A stretch of DNA of 64,000 nt from Eledone cirrhosa (GCA_964016885.1 OZ024744.1:75330001-75394000), one strand, 5' to 3'. Shown: positions 10,004 to 22,789, numbered from the stretch's first letter. Notes: a model not told the origin generated them from the sequence alone. A program made the numbers and translations.

Positions 10004-13000
10004 ATGACCTCACTCAGAATAGGCAGCATAAATGCGCGTGGCTTGGGGTCGTCATGGAAGCAGGGTCACCTGCTCAACGACCTCAGGTCACTAAACATAG
10101 ATGTAGTGGCCATCAGCGAGACCAGAATCTCCGAAGCACGGGCCTTCGTACCGATCTTCGGCGGCTACGATGTGTACGCATCTCCCAGCCGTCCTGGATC
10201 GGGTGGAGGAGTTGCTGTGCTTTTTCGGAGAGGTTTGGATCTCGCCATACGGGCCATCTTCCTGGACCCAGAGGGTAAGCTGGTGGTGCTGGACGTGACC
10301 AGCGGAGACGGGCAAGCTTTCAGGCTAGTGGCCGTCTATGCCCCGACAGGAGCAGGGCGGCCTGATTTCTTCCGGCGTCTGGAGACCTTTCTTGGAACGT
10401 CCCGCTCTTTAGTGTTAGTGGGCGACTGGAACGGGATCTTAGATGCACGCTGGGACTGTGTGGGATTAGCGGATAGGGGTGGAGGGTGCAAGAGCCTCAC
10501 CAACCTGCTCAGGCGTTTTGAACTGTCTGACAGGTACCGATTGGATTTCCCGAATGTGCCAATGTGGACTTGGACAAACCGCATAGGGTCATCCAGATCA
10601 TATCTAGATAGAGTATTTTGTAGGGAAATAGATAGGTCTAGCATAGGCTGTCCACAATTCAAGATAGTCAGCTACACGGACCACAAATTCGTGATCTGTG
10701 TGCTTGACTTAGATAGGCTTCATAGACGAGGACCCGGCTACTGGAAGCTAAACGCGTCCTTACCAGCGCGCAAGGCCTACAGAGACCGGATTAGCGAACT
10801 AGTTAAGCGGGCGTTGACGGGGGCCATCGTCAACAACAAGTGGTGGTTTGCTCTGAAAAGAGCGATTAGAATAGAATCGATTAGGTTTAGTAAGGCTTTA
10901 GCAATAGAGAAAAATAGAGCAGAGGGAGAACTAGTTAGAAAATTAGACGAGGCGCTTAGCAAAGGCATTGCGACCGACGTGCTTGCGGCGAAATTGGCCC
11001 TTGACCAATTCTTCAATGCAAAGCACGAAGGCTGCGTTGTCAGAGCTAGGGTGCGTGCTCTCAGACACGAGGGGACGAAAGCCGTTCAATGGGCCCGAGT
11101 GGCGGAGGCGCGTCATGGCAACAAAGCCACGATCCGGTCTTTGGTGGACCACGACGGGCGCATGCTACTCGATCCCGGGCAAATGTGTGAAGCTTTTCAG
11201 CGACACTTCGCTCAGCTGTTCGGGGGCAGCGGGGGGCCGGGTAGAGGGATGGACTTTAGTGTCTACCTCGACGGACTGCCGCGGCTCTCGGCCACTGAGG
11301 CGAAGTGTTGCGAAAAGCCGATAACAGCCGCTGAAGTAAGGGAGGCAATGACTGGCTGCACAAGGGGTAAATCGCCTGGTTTGGATGGTCTGCCCTATGA
11401 ACTTTACGTACAGATGCCAGACTTGTTCGGAGGCCTCTTGGCGGACGTCTACTGCAACTGGCAACAGAACGGGAGAATTCCCAGTTCTGTGAGCCGAGGA
11501 GCGGTGGCACTGCTGAGAAAGGATCCGAACAAGGGGGATAACATAGACAATTTCCGGCCCATAACTCTGCTAAACACAGAGTTTAAGATTTTGGCCAAGG
11601 TGCTAGCAAAGAGGTTGGCGCTTGTCGTTGGTGGTCTGGTGGGAGAGGCGCAGACATGCGCCATTCCCGACAGATCCATCCACGACAACCTCCACCTCAT
11701 GCGATACATCGTAGAGAGGGTAGCTAGGGAACCTGGCACGGGTGGGTCCTTGATCAATTTAGATCAGTCGAAAGCTTTCGATAGGGTCGACCATCGTTAC
11801 CTAGCGGCAGTCCTGAGGGCGGCTGGCTTTGGGCCCGTCTTCAGAGGCTGGATCGCTGCCATGCACAGCGACATCTGCTCTGTGGTGAGAGTGAACGGTC
11901 ACCTGTCGGAACCGTTCAACATCATGCGCTCGGTCCGCCAAGGATGTCCCCTCTCGTCCCTCTTGTACGTATTGACTCTCGAGCCATTACTGCACAAACT
12001 GGAGACGTTGAGGGGAGTCCCGCGCGAACTAGGATGCGGAAGATCCGTGTCAGCATATGCGGACGATGTCACCGTAGTGGTGTCGAACGCCAAACACATC
12101 GAGGCGATCGGCACTACACTAAGAGAATACGAAGCGGTGACAGGAGCAATGATCAACCAGGAAAAGTCAGTGGGCCTGCAGCTCGGCACCTGGAGAGGCA
12201 GGTCCATGCCGTCCAACAGCGTCGTCGGGCGCTGGACGGACGGACCGGTTAAATTGCTAGGGGTCTGGTTCGGTCCGGACCTCCAGACGGACAAAAACTG
12301 GGACGAGGTGACGAGCAGGGTGGCTTCTCTCACCCAGAAATGGGCGGAGAGGAAGCTATCCCTGAAAGGTCGAGCGGAGGTGGCTAACGCGTACATCGCG
12401 TCTGTCATCTGCTACCGCCTAACCGTCGTACCTTGTCCTAAGCCTCGCCTGACTGCGCTGGAGCGTTTGCTCTTTCGCTTTTTGTGGATGGGACGTGCTC
12501 CGATGGTCAGGCGGTCCATCTGTTGTCAACACCCGCTACGTGGAGGGCTGGGCATGCCGTGGCTGATGATGCGCAGGCACGCGCTCAGGCTACGACATCT
12601 CCACCTCTTCCTCGACGGTGATCAGGTGTGGTCGCCGTTTGCTAGACGCGTTTTTCCCCAGCTCGTTTCCTTGACGGAGCTGCAGTCCTGGGTCAAGCGA
12701 AGACCGAGAGGGAGCGCCTGGAGACTGGAATGTCTTCAGGCGCTCACAGCCCTCGACCAATCGGGCAATGTGATCGGTGGAAACTCCACCTCGGCGTTCT
12801 ATAGAGGATTAGTGGAGGGGAAGAGCGACGACGTACTTGGGGAAACTCTAGGCGTCGACGAAAATCAACTAGCCAATCTCTTCGGAAGAACTTTCGGGCC
12901 GGGGCCTATGGACAACTTCCAGAAATCTCTGGCCTGGCAGTGCTACCGAGGAGCCTTGCCAGTTCGGGATAAACTCTACAGGCATGGAGGTGCCGTCAGC

Positions 13001-13423
13001 CGGGCATGTCCGAGATGCGCGCAGGGCGACGAAACCGTCCTGCACGCACTCGTCCAGTGTCCGAAAATTGCTGACTTGTGGGTTTATGTCGAACACCTGC
13101 TGTCGCGTTTAGGACGGATCCAGCTATCATCTGAGTCTATCGTGAGGATTGCCCCGCCCTCCTCCTTTAGCCGGGAAGGGCAGGCAGTTTTTATCTGTCT
13201 GGTGGCCATGGCGAAAGAGATAGTATGGTGGACACGTTTGAAAGGGCTGAAGACGAGCACTTACCTCTTCGGTGATGCTCTGATTGACTTTTTCAAATTT
13301 CATTTGAAAAGGAAAATCAGAGTAGAGAGGGAAGTGCTCTCTTCCCAGCATTTTGTTGAAAGATGGGTGAGAGAAGCAAGAATGGCCCGAGTGAATGGGC
13401 CTACTCTGAGCATATATCTGTAA
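10004..13423 (+). CDS. Tx1 ORF2: APE endonuclease + reverse transcriptase + C-terminal zinc-binding domain, uninterrupted
   Basis: 1139 aa: SINARGL, ISETR, VYAP, GDWN, YLDR, TDH (APE); KSPGLDGL, NFRPITLLN, DQSKAFDRV, SVRQGCPLS, YADD (RT); CPRC..ETVLHALVQC. Confidence 0.97.
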   Translation: MTSLRIGSINARGLGSSWKQGHLLNDLRSLNIDVVAISETRISEARAFVPIFGGYDVYASPSRPGSGGGVAVLFRRGLDLAIRAIFLDPEGKLVVLDVTSGDGQAFRLVAVYAPTGAGRPDFFRRLETFLGTSRSLVLVGDWNGILDARWDCVGLADRGGGCKSLTNLLRRFELSDRYRLDFPNVPMWTWTNRIGSSRSYLDRVFCREIDRSSIGCPQFKIVSYTDHKFVICVLDLDRLHRRGPGYWKLNASLPARKAYRDRISELVKRALTGAIVNNKWWFALKRAIRIESIRFSKALAIEKNRAEGELVRKLDEALSKGIATDVLAAKLALDQFFNAKHEGCVVRARVRALRHEGTKAVQWARVAEARHGNKATIRSLVDHDGRMLLDPGQMCEAFQRHFAQLFGGSGGPGRGMDFSVYLDGLPRLSATEAKCCEKPITAAEVREAMTGCTRGKSPGLDGLPYELYVQMPDLFGGLLADVYCNWQQNGRIPSSVSRGAVALLRKDPNKGDNIDNFRPITLLNTEFKILAKVLAKRLALVVGGLVGEAQTCAIPDRSIHDNLHLMRYIVERVAREPGTGGSLINLDQSKAFDRVDHRYLAAVLRAAGFGPVFRGWIAAMHSDICSVVRVNGHLSEPFNIMRSVRQGCPLSSLLYVLTLEPLLHKLETLRGVPRELGCGRSVSAYADDVTVVVSNAKHIEAIGTTLREYEAVTGAMINQEKSVGLQLGTWRGRSMPSNSVVGRWTDGPVKLLGVWFGPDLQTDKNWDEVTSRVASLTQKWAERKLSLKGRAEVANAYIASVICYRLTVVPCPKPRLTALERLLFRFLWMGRAPMVRRSICCQHPLRGGLGMPWLMMRRHALRLRHLHLFLDGDQVWSPFARRVFPQLVSLTELQSWVKRRPRGSAWRLECLQALTALDQSGNVIGGNSTSAFYRGLVEGKSDDVLGETLGVDENQLANLFGRTFGPGPMDNFQKSLAWQCYRGALPVRDKLYRHGGAVSRACPRCAQGDETVLHALVQCPKIADLWVYVEHLLSRLGRIQLSSESIVRIAPPSSFSREGQAVFICLVAMAKEIVWWTRLKGLKTSTYLFGDALIDFFKFHLKRKIRVEREVLSSQHFVERWVREARMARVNGPTLSIYL

Positions 13424-13683
13424 ATTAAAGGTGGAAAACTGGGAGAGGGCACTTGCCTTGGTGGTCAGGGTCATTGTGGCTTTTTACTGGGCTTTCTCCA
13501 CAAATGTCCCTCCGAAGTCTCCCCCCTATTGGGGAATTTTTCATTGTTATTTTCATTGTTATTTTTGTTACATCCTCTGTTTTTGTTTTTTTACACGCAG
13601 AAATGCCCATTTGTACCGTCCTGCATTGTCCTGCACTGTCCTTAATGTCTACTTTATGTAAACCCTTGTGGTTAATAAAGAAA

Positions 13684-13718
<35 letters not shown>

Positions 13719-13719
13719 G

Positions 13720-13921
13720 TAGGGCGGTGGATTGGCAGTATCGGTAGAGGATCGGACGCCATGCTTTCCAGCATAGTTACGTCCCTTTACGATCTGAGTT
13801 CAAATCCCGCCGAGGTTGACTTTGCCTTTCATCCTTACGGGGTCGATAAAATAAAGTACCAGTAATGCACTGGGTAATTGCTGGCCTTGTGCCTAAAGTA
13901 GAAACAATTATTATTATTATT
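13720..13921 (+). mobile_element. tRNA-derived SINE, full length, (ATT)n tail
   Basis: GGCGGTGGATTGGCAGTATCGG (box A) ... GAGTTCAAATCC (box B) ... central domain ... GGCCTTGTGCC hairpin, AGAAAC, (ATT)n. Confidence 0.92.
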
Positions 13922-16900
13922 GTTGGTGAAGCCATGCTTCTTATCGCCTCCAGTTTTTTTTCAACGTTTTACCTCGTTTTCAACCGTTCTAAACCTTTCA
14001 TTCAAGTTTTAAATTTGATAAAAGTTTAGAAGAAGTGTCCCACCTAATACAGGGGTTCACTCGTAAATAATACGGCACCCCTTTACGGGGTGTCGTATTC
14101 GTATTCGTATTTGTGTAAAAATATTTTTTTGAAAAAATGTCAACATGGATAACACAAGAAACAGAGAGAGCGCTGTCAGACAACACAGAGAGAGGGAGAC
14201 TTTATCAGCATGTCAACAAGACAGCGTTCCAGCGGAGGTAAATATAAACGAAAATATTACAAAGGAAAAGAAGATTGTTACAGATTTAAAATTAACAAAT
14301 ATTTCTAACACAAACAACACCAACAACAACACCAACAACAACACCATCAATAACAACAGCAACAACAAAAATAACAGCGGTAAAGTCGAGAACGACAATA
14401 ACAAAAATAACAGCGGTAAGGTCGAGAACGACAATAACAATGACAATAACAACAGCCACAACAACAATAATAGTAGGAACAGTATCAACAAAAACAACAA
14501 TAATAACAACAGCCACAATAACAATAACAACAGCAACAGTATCAACGAAAACAATAACAACAACACCAACAACACCAACAACTGTACCAACGAAAACAAC
14601 AACAATGACATCGATACCTGTAATAGCGATCTCAGCACCACCAGTAAGACCAGTGGCGGCAGCAATAGTGGTGCTGCTGAAAAAGGGACCACTTCTTTTG
14701 CCGGTGTCGCCCGAAATATCGAGACAGTGTTAGTCACAGAGGAGGAGATGGCAGTCTCAAGGACATGGTGACAAGAAGCTCCCTGAAACCTCCACCCGAT
14801 TTTTTCAAGGACCAGCTGCTACGGACGGTGACTTACCGCACCGTAAGCAAAATCTCACATCGGGTGGAGAGAGCCACGGAGGTTCAAATCTAAAAGGCCT
14901 TGGGGTGCGTCTGGGCACGCAAAACCCATATCACCCGAGGCAGAAAGTACGCCACAATAGACGTACTTTTGGCCACCCCCCCAGGAAGCAAAGTCTAACT
15001 CTTTGGAAACCCTAAAGAGTGAGGAGATAGTCTTGGTGCCCTCCTACTGCGGGCAGAAAATTGTGAGGGTCAAAGTGACCCAGGTCCCACCCGACGTGCC
15101 CATACCTTGGCTGGCCGCGTCTGTCCTTGTTGGAATCGAGAACAGGATGACCATGCTGCAAGTAGAAAAAATAGGGAGAGAGAACTGGTCAGGTATAGAC
15201 ATGCAAATGCTTATACAAACTGACCAGGAATGTATCGACGCAATCCCCGATATCATAGACATCGAGGAAGGACACCAACTCCCTATAAGTGTAGAAGGAA
15301 GACGGCCAAAATGTTATCTCTGTGGGTCGAAGGGTCACCTCAGGGCCTTTTGCCCGCGAAGACAACGAAGAAGAAGGCCCCTCTCCTTCCAATACCTGGT
15401 CCGCTGCTACCAAGAGCAGGGCAGGCAACAAACGCAGAAGCCCCTTCCACGGTGAGTAGGAGGGCAACGTCCGTAGCACCCGTACAAAGGCCACGGACAA
15501 CTAAAGCAGCATCATCAGTGGCGGCAACACCAATAGCTACATTTGAAGTAGCTACACCAGCAACAAAATTGCCGAAGAGGGCTCCACTACCACCACCAAC
15601 AGTCGTGGAGCACATACCCCTCCCAGACTCCACAGAATCCGACATAGGGTTTGAGGCGGGAGTGAAGTGGCAAACGGTCTGCCACAAAAAAGAAAAAAGA
15701 AAAAAACCCCTTAGATTCACCCTCCAAAAGCGAAGGCATACAAAAAGGGGTAAAGGCAGCAAGGAAACTTGCAGCAACACCACCAACATCACCACCACAA
15801 GCACCACTGACAACAACAACCACACCACCACCAGCATCACCAAAAACACCAACAACGCAAACACAACAAGACACACACACCAAACAGCAACAAGAAGAAA
15901 ACAGCAACAAAATCACCCCTCCCCCCAAAAATGTACACAGCCATAAACATGGCAAAAAAAAGAACTCATACAATATATAAAGCAGCATACAGACATCACG
16001 GAAAAAAACTACTACACCCCACCAACACCAAGAACTCTCCCGGCAAACATAAGCATCATCGAAATCTCAATAGAAGCCTTTAAAACAAAAATTCCCCAAC
16101 GCAGTTGGAGACTTCAGAGGGACGGTTACCAAGAGGATATACATTGACAGTATAAATGCCCGTGGCCTGGGGTCATCTTGGAAGCTGAGTCACCTGCTCA
16201 ACGACCTCAGGTCACTAAACATAGATGTGGTGGCCATCAGTGAGACCAGAATCTCCGAAGCATGTGCCTTCGCACCGATCTTCGGCGGCTACGATGTATA
16301 CGCATCTCCCAGCCGTCCAGGATCGGGGGGAGGGGTTGCCGTGCTTTTTCGCAGTGGCTTGGAACTCGTGACACGGGCCATCTTCCTGGACCCAGAAGGT
16401 AAGTCGGTGGTGCTTGACGCGACCGGCAGCGAAGGCAATGCTTTCAGGTTAGTAGCTGTCTATGCCCCAACAGGGGCAGGACGGCCAGATTTCTTCAGAC
16501 GTCTAGAGACCTTTCTTGGAACGTCCCGCTCTTTAGTGTTAGTGGGCGACTGGAACGGTATCGTGGATGCACGCTGGGATTTTGTGGGGCTAGTGGATAG
16601 GGGAGGAGGGTGCAAGAGCCTCACCAACCTGCTCAGACGTTTTGAACTGTCTGACAGGTATCGACTGGATCACCCGAATGTGCCAATGTTGACATGGACA
16701 AACCGCATCGGGTCATCCAGATCGTATCTCGATAGGGTTTTCTGCAGAGAACTAGATAAGGCTAGTATAAGTTGTCCACAATTTAAAATAGTCGACTACA
16801 CAGACCACAATTTTGTGATCTGTGAGATCGACATAGACAGACTTCATAGACAAGGGCCTGGTTACTGGAAGCGGAACGCGGCTTTCCCGGCGCGCAAATC

Positions 16901-19829
16901 TTACAGAGACCGGATTAGCGTATTAGTTAAGCGGGCGTTGACGGGAGCTTTAGTCAACAACAGTTGGTGGTTCGCTCTGAAAAGGGAAATTAAAGTAGAG
17001 TCGATTAGGTTTAGCAAAGGAGTAGTGATAGAGGAAAATAGAGTAGAGTGAGAGCTAGTCAGAAAGCTAGAAGAGGCGTTTAGGACAGGCATCGCAACCG
17101 ACTTTCTAGCGGCGAGATTGGCACTCGACCAATTCTTCAACGCAAAACACGAAGGCTGCGTTGTCAGAGCTAGAGCGCGTGCTCTGAAACACGAGGGGAA
17201 AAAAAGCCGTCCAATGGGCCCGGGTTGCAGAGGCGTGACGTGACAACAAAGCCACAATTCGGTCTTTGTCTGACCAAAACGGGTGCGTGATGCTCGAACC
17301 CGAGCCGATGTGTGAAGCTTTTCAGCAGCACTTTGCTGAACTGTTCGGGAGCAGCGGCGGCCCCGATCGGGCATGGACTTCAGTGCATACCTCGACGGAC
17401 TGCCTCGGCTCTCGACGACCGCAGCACAGTGTTGCGAAAAGCCAATAACAGCCGGTGAAATACGGGAAGCGATGGCTAACTGCACAAGGGGTAAATCGCC
17501 AGGTTTGGATGATCTGCCCTACGAGCTTTATGCATTTATGCCAGACTTGTTCGGTGACCTCTTGGCAGACGTCTACTGCAACTGGCAGCAGAACGGGAGC
17601 ATTCCCAGTTTTGTGAGCCGGGGAGCAGTGGCGCTGCTTAGAAAAGACCCGAACAAGGGGGATGTTATCGATAATTTCAGGCCCATAACTCTGCTAAACG
17701 CAAAGTTCAAGATTTTGGCCAAGGTGTTATCAACGAGGTTGGAGCTTGTCGTCAAGGGTCTGGTAGGAGAGGCGCAGACATGCGCCATTCTGGACAGATC
17801 CATACACGTCAACCTCCACCTAATGCGATACATCATAGAGAGGGTGGTTAAGGAACCTGGCAGGGGTGGGGCCCTGATCAACTTGGATCAATCCAAAGCA
17901 TTCGATAGGGTCGACAATCGGTACCTGGCGGCGTCCTCGAGGCAGCCGGTTTCGGGCCCGTTTTCAGGGGTTGGATCGCAGCAATGTACAGCGACATCTG
18001 CTCAGTTGTGATGGTGAACGGTCACCTGTCGCAGCCTTTCAGCATCATGCGCTCAGTCCGCCAGGGTTGTCCCCTCTTGTCCCTCTTGTACGTATTGGCT
18101 CTCGAGCCGTTACTGCACAAATTGGGGGCGATGAGGGGCGTCCCACGCGAACTAGGATGCGGGAAATCCGAGTCGGTTCACGCTGACGACATCACCGTGG
18201 TGGTGTCGAGCACCAGATACGTCCAGATGCTCGGCACCGCTCTCAATGAATACGAAGCGGTGACAGGGGCTAAGATAAACCAGGAAAAGTCGGTGGGCTT
18301 GCAGCTAGGTACCTGGAGAGGCAAGTCTATGCCGTCGGACAGCGTCGTGGGGCGTTGGACAGACGGACCGGTTAAATTGCTCGGGGTCTGGTTCGGACCG
18401 GACCTCGAGATGGAGAAAAACTGGAACGAGGTGACGAGCAGGGTGGCCTCCCTCACCCAGGAATGGGCCGAGAGGAAGCTGTCCCTGAAAGGCCGGGAGG
18501 AGGTGGCGAATGCGTACATCGCATCCGTCATCTGCTACCGCCTCACCATCGTGCCTTTCTCCAGCCCAACTCTCACCAAAATGGAGCGCCTCCTCTTCCG
18601 CTTTTTGTGGAAGGGACGCGCTCCCATGGTCAGACGATCCATCTGCTTTCAACACCCATTGCGTGGAGGACTGGGCATGCCATGGCTGATGATGCGCAAA
18701 CATGCGCTGAGGCTGCGACATCTCTGGTGCTTCCCTGATGGTGAACAGGTGTGGTCGCCGTTCGCCAGGCACATTTTCCCACAGCTCGTCTCCTTGACGG
18801 AGCTGCAATCCTGGGTCAGAAAAAGACCGAGGGATAGCGCTTGGAAACTGGAATGTTTCCAGACGCTCACTGCCCCCTGCCAGCTGGGCACCAGTATCGT
18901 TGGAACATCCACCTCGGCGTTCTATAGAGGACTAGGGGAGGGGAAGAGCGACGACATTCTTGGAGCGATACTGGGCGTCGAAGAAGATCAGCTGTTTGCT
19001 CTCTTCAAGAGAACTTTCAGCCCAGGGCCTATGGATAACTTCCAAAAATTCCTGGCCTGGCAGTGCTACCGGGGAGCGCTGCCGGTTCGAGATAAGCTCT
19101 ACAGGCACGGAAGTGCCGTCAGCCGAGCCTGTCCGAGATGCGCGCAGAGCGACGAAACCGTCGTGCTCGCACTCGTTCAGTGCCCGAGCATTGCTGACTT
19201 GTGGAGCTATGTCGAACAATTGCTGTGGCCGGTGGGTCTGTTCCGGTTGTTGACTGAGTCCATTGTGCAGATGGTCTCGCCGTCTTCCTTCGAGGAGGAA
19301 GGGCAGGTGGTTTTCATCTGCCTGGTGGCCATGACGAAAGAGATTGTGTGGTGGACAAGGTTAAAAGGATTAAATACATACACTTTCCTCTTCGGCGAAT
19401 CCCTAATTAACTTTTTCAAGTTTCACTTGAAGAGGGAAATCAGGGTGGAGAGGCAAGTGCTGCCTTCTAGCAAGTTTGTTGAAAGGTGGGTGAATGTACG
19501 TCTGTAGTTTGAGAAATGGAAAAATTGAGAGAGGGCGCTTGCCTTGTTGGTTAGGGTGGCCGTGGTCTTTTGTGTGGTTTTCGCCATGAGTAACCCTCGA
19601 AAGTTTCCGCCCTATTGGGGAATTTTTCATTATTTCAATTTTCATTTTTATTGTTTACATATATATACATTTTTCTATGTCCTTTTTTTCTTTTCTTATA
19701 TAAATAATAAAAATATTTACACGCACAAAACCCACATCGTACCGTCCTGTACCGTCCTGTGACGTCTGTAATGTTTTTTTCTTGATGTCAGCCCTTGTGG
19801 CCAATAAAGAAATCACTATTATTATTATT
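13922..19829 (+). mobile_element. Tx1-type LINE copy 3, near full length, multiple stops and frameshifts
   Basis: ORF1 fragments from ATG 14145 incl. CYLCGSKGHLRAFC; ORF2 fragments 16227-17051, 17373-18011, 17984-19507; deletion across the ORF1/ORF2 junction (~16145); (ATT)n tail. Confidence 0.95.
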
Positions 19830-22745
19830 GTACTTTGAGTCTCAGTCATTGATGTTAGTTAACTGGAAAGTTTGTTAAAATGAATATCAAGCCACTACCT
19901 GCAGCCTCAGATATTCAGGACGTATCGGAGGGTTCTTGCTGTTCCCAGCAAGCATGCTTTTTGAAGCGTTCCAAAAGCCGGTGCGGGGGCCAATTTTCTT
20001 TAACCATCCCTGGAAACTTTTTGAGATAGTCCCCAGTGCGCCTATGACAATCGGGACCACTTTGACTTCATGGCAGTTCCAAATCCTTTTTACCTCCCAC
20101 TTTAAGTCCTGGTATAGGTTAATTTTCTCCCTCTCCTTCTCTTGCACTCTCGTGTCAAATGGGCAGGCCACACCCACAATCAGGCACGATCTTTTTTCCT
20201 TGTCCAAAACAACTAGTTCAGGTCTATCGTGTTCCAGTTTCTTGTCCGTCTGTATCCTAAAATCCCACAGCACCTTCACCTGATCATTTTCTATCACCGC
20301 CTCTGGCTTATGCTCATACCACTTCTCAGAATGTGGTAAATTGTTTTCTTTGCATAGGTGCCAGTGGATCACCCTGCCCTCACATCATGTCTCCAGCCTT
20401 TATAGTGAGTCTGAGCTAGGTGTTTACACTCGGATACAATGTGAGCCACAGTCTCCTCTCTCTCTCCACTGATCCTGCACAGTGGGCTAGCCCCCTCCTT
20501 GTAAATATGGTGTTTCAACCACTACGTTTTGAGGGCCTGCTATTGCGCAGCCATTATCATTCCTTCTGTAGCCTTTTTAAGATCTCCTCTTTTCAACCAG
20601 TTCCATGTCTGTGGATCTCTGAATTCAGTTTTCTCAAAGAAGGTATTATGAAGGGATTGTTCATGAAGGCTGCTCTTTCTCCTTCTTGTTATTTCCTCCT
20701 TGGACATCCCCTGGTCTATTGTCCTCTCCTTCAGTACAATTCTGAGCATTGGCTCCTTACTATCAGTCACGTATTTGTGTATGTTGTTTTTCTCCATCTG
20801 AACACAGTCCTCTATGCTGATAAGACATCTTCCACCTCCAGATCTCCTTAAGTAGAGTCTATCGACATCACTCCTCTTGTGGGACATGTTGTAGATAGTC
20901 AATAGCTTCCTAGTCTTCCTATCCATTTCTTTTTGTTCAGCAACATTCCATCTCAGAATTCCCGCACTGTACCTAATAATAGACACAGCTCGGGAATTTA
21001 CTGCACTTATGGCATTCCTACTGTTCAGATGTGACTTTAATACGCTCCTTACTCTCCGAATGTATTCAGATCTTATCAATTCCTTCATTTTTTGTTCTTG
21101 ATGTCATCAGCCTCCAGAACGCCCAAATACTTGTATCCTTCTTCAGTGTCAATTTCTTTATCATCTCACCTGTTGGTACCTGGATTCGGTTGCTTCTTCT
21201 CAATTTACCCCTCTTCATCACAAGGACACCACATTTACTAATACCAAATTGCATACATATATCATTGCTGAAAATACGGACAGTGTCAACAAGCACATCC
21301 AACTCCTTCTCACTCTTCCCGAAGAGCATTAGATCGTCCATGAAGAGGCGGTGATTGATGGTAAGCCCTCCCTTTCCCAACTTGTATCCTGCTCTCACTT
21401 TTCGCAGTATAATGGCCAGGGGCATCAGGGCAAGGACAAACAACAGAGGGGACAGGCTATCTCCCAGGAAGATACCTCTCTTGATCTTCACGCCTCCCAA
21501 GGATTCTCCAGCTGATGTTAACTCTGTTTTCCAGGACTTCATACTTTTGCTCTGATGTTATCTGCCACTTGAAGATCTCTAGGCTTTTGGTGATCCAAGA
21601 ATGAGGCACCATGTCAAATGCCTTTTTGTAGTCTATCCATCCCATGGCAAGACCAGTGTGTCTCCTCTTGCAATTCCTCATTACCATTTTATCAATAAGT
21701 AACTGGTCCTTTGTACCACGGGACTTCTTTCGCCATCCTTTCTGTTCGTCCGGTAACAAGTTGTTTGTGTGGAGGTGATGGTAGATTTCCTCAGACACAA
21801 TGCTTGTCAACAGTTTCCACATTACGGACAGACATGTGATAGGTCTATAGTTGGTAACATCACTACCCTTGATTCGGTCTTTCATTACCAGAACTGTGGT
21901 ACCTTTTTTCAACCACTTTGGTACCTCACCTGACATCAAGCAGTCATTGAACATGGTTGTCAGTTTCGAGTGGAGGCATGTTATATTTTTAATCCTATAA
22001 CCTTGCACACCATCTGGGCCTGGTGATTTCCAGTTGGTTAGTTTTCTGGCCTGCCCCTTAAGAGTTTCAACTGTGATACTCAAACCAGTTTGTTGGTGTG
22101 CCTGTTCACTAATCTCCTTTTGTACTGTCTCAATCCACACTGCCTGGTCATTATGTTTAACATCCTGGTCCCATATTCCTCTCCAGAATGTCTTAGTTTG
22201 TTCCGCTTCAGGTATCAAGTCGTTGCCTCTTTCTTTCCCTTCAATCTGTCCAAACAACATCTTCTGGCTGTTGTCAAACATGCGGTTCTGTCTATACTGA
22301 CTGACTCTGCTCTCGTATCGCCTAATTTTCGCCCTCTTTGCTACAACGCGTTGCTTCAGTTCCTCTATGATAATATTTCCTCCTAGTTTTGTACTTTATT
22401 TCCAGTCTATTTTTAGTGTCTATGTCCCATTCAGCTTTCCAATGTCATTTCTCATTTCCCTGATTTGACCATTCAGTCGTTTCTTCCACCAAGGTTCTGA
22501 TCTTTCTTGTTTGTTGTTTCCTCTCGCTTTTATGCCAAGTAATTTCCTCACCGCATTTGCTGTTGCTTTGAGGATATTGTTGCACTGGTGAAGGCTCCTC
22601 GCCTCAAGGTATGGGATGACTTTGTTTACCTTAGCTGTTGTTTCTTTTAACTTTTTCCTGTCTACAAATCTTAGGTTCATAGGTTTCCCACTATCATTGT
22701 TCAAGTCATCTACCACTAAGTTTAGGATATCAACCAAATCTTGTC
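19830..22745 (-). mobile_element. R4/Dong-type retrotransposon, second subfamily, 5'-truncated and degenerate
   Basis: ORF fragments 22420-22737, 21457-22281 (KSPGPDGVQGY, IDYKKAFD), 21066-21542 (GDSLSPLLF, FMDD), 20540-21088, 19887-20372 (RLE: WDFRIQTD, RPELVV, PIVIGALG). Confidence 0.92.
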
Positions 22746-22789
22746 CTAGCCCTTGTGGTTAATAAAAAAAGCATTATTATTAATATTAT
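22746..22789 (+). mobile_element. Extreme 3' stub of the Tx1 LINE
   Basis: cctagcccttgtggttaataaaaaaagcattattatt matches the terminal 35 nt of Tx1 copies 1-3. Confidence 0.75.

Larger units (their letters stand above)
7672..13717 (+). mobile_element. Tx1-type LINE copy 2, full length (5' UTR, ORF1, ORF2, 3' UTR, (ATT)n tail)
   Basis: Starts directly after an (ATT)n tract, ends with AATAAAGAAATC(ATT)n; two-ORF layout. Confidence 0.95.

Noticed and set aside
13730-13815. tRNA gene
   Set aside because: Box A/B present but spacing extended, no cloverleaf, and attached to a repeated SINE body.
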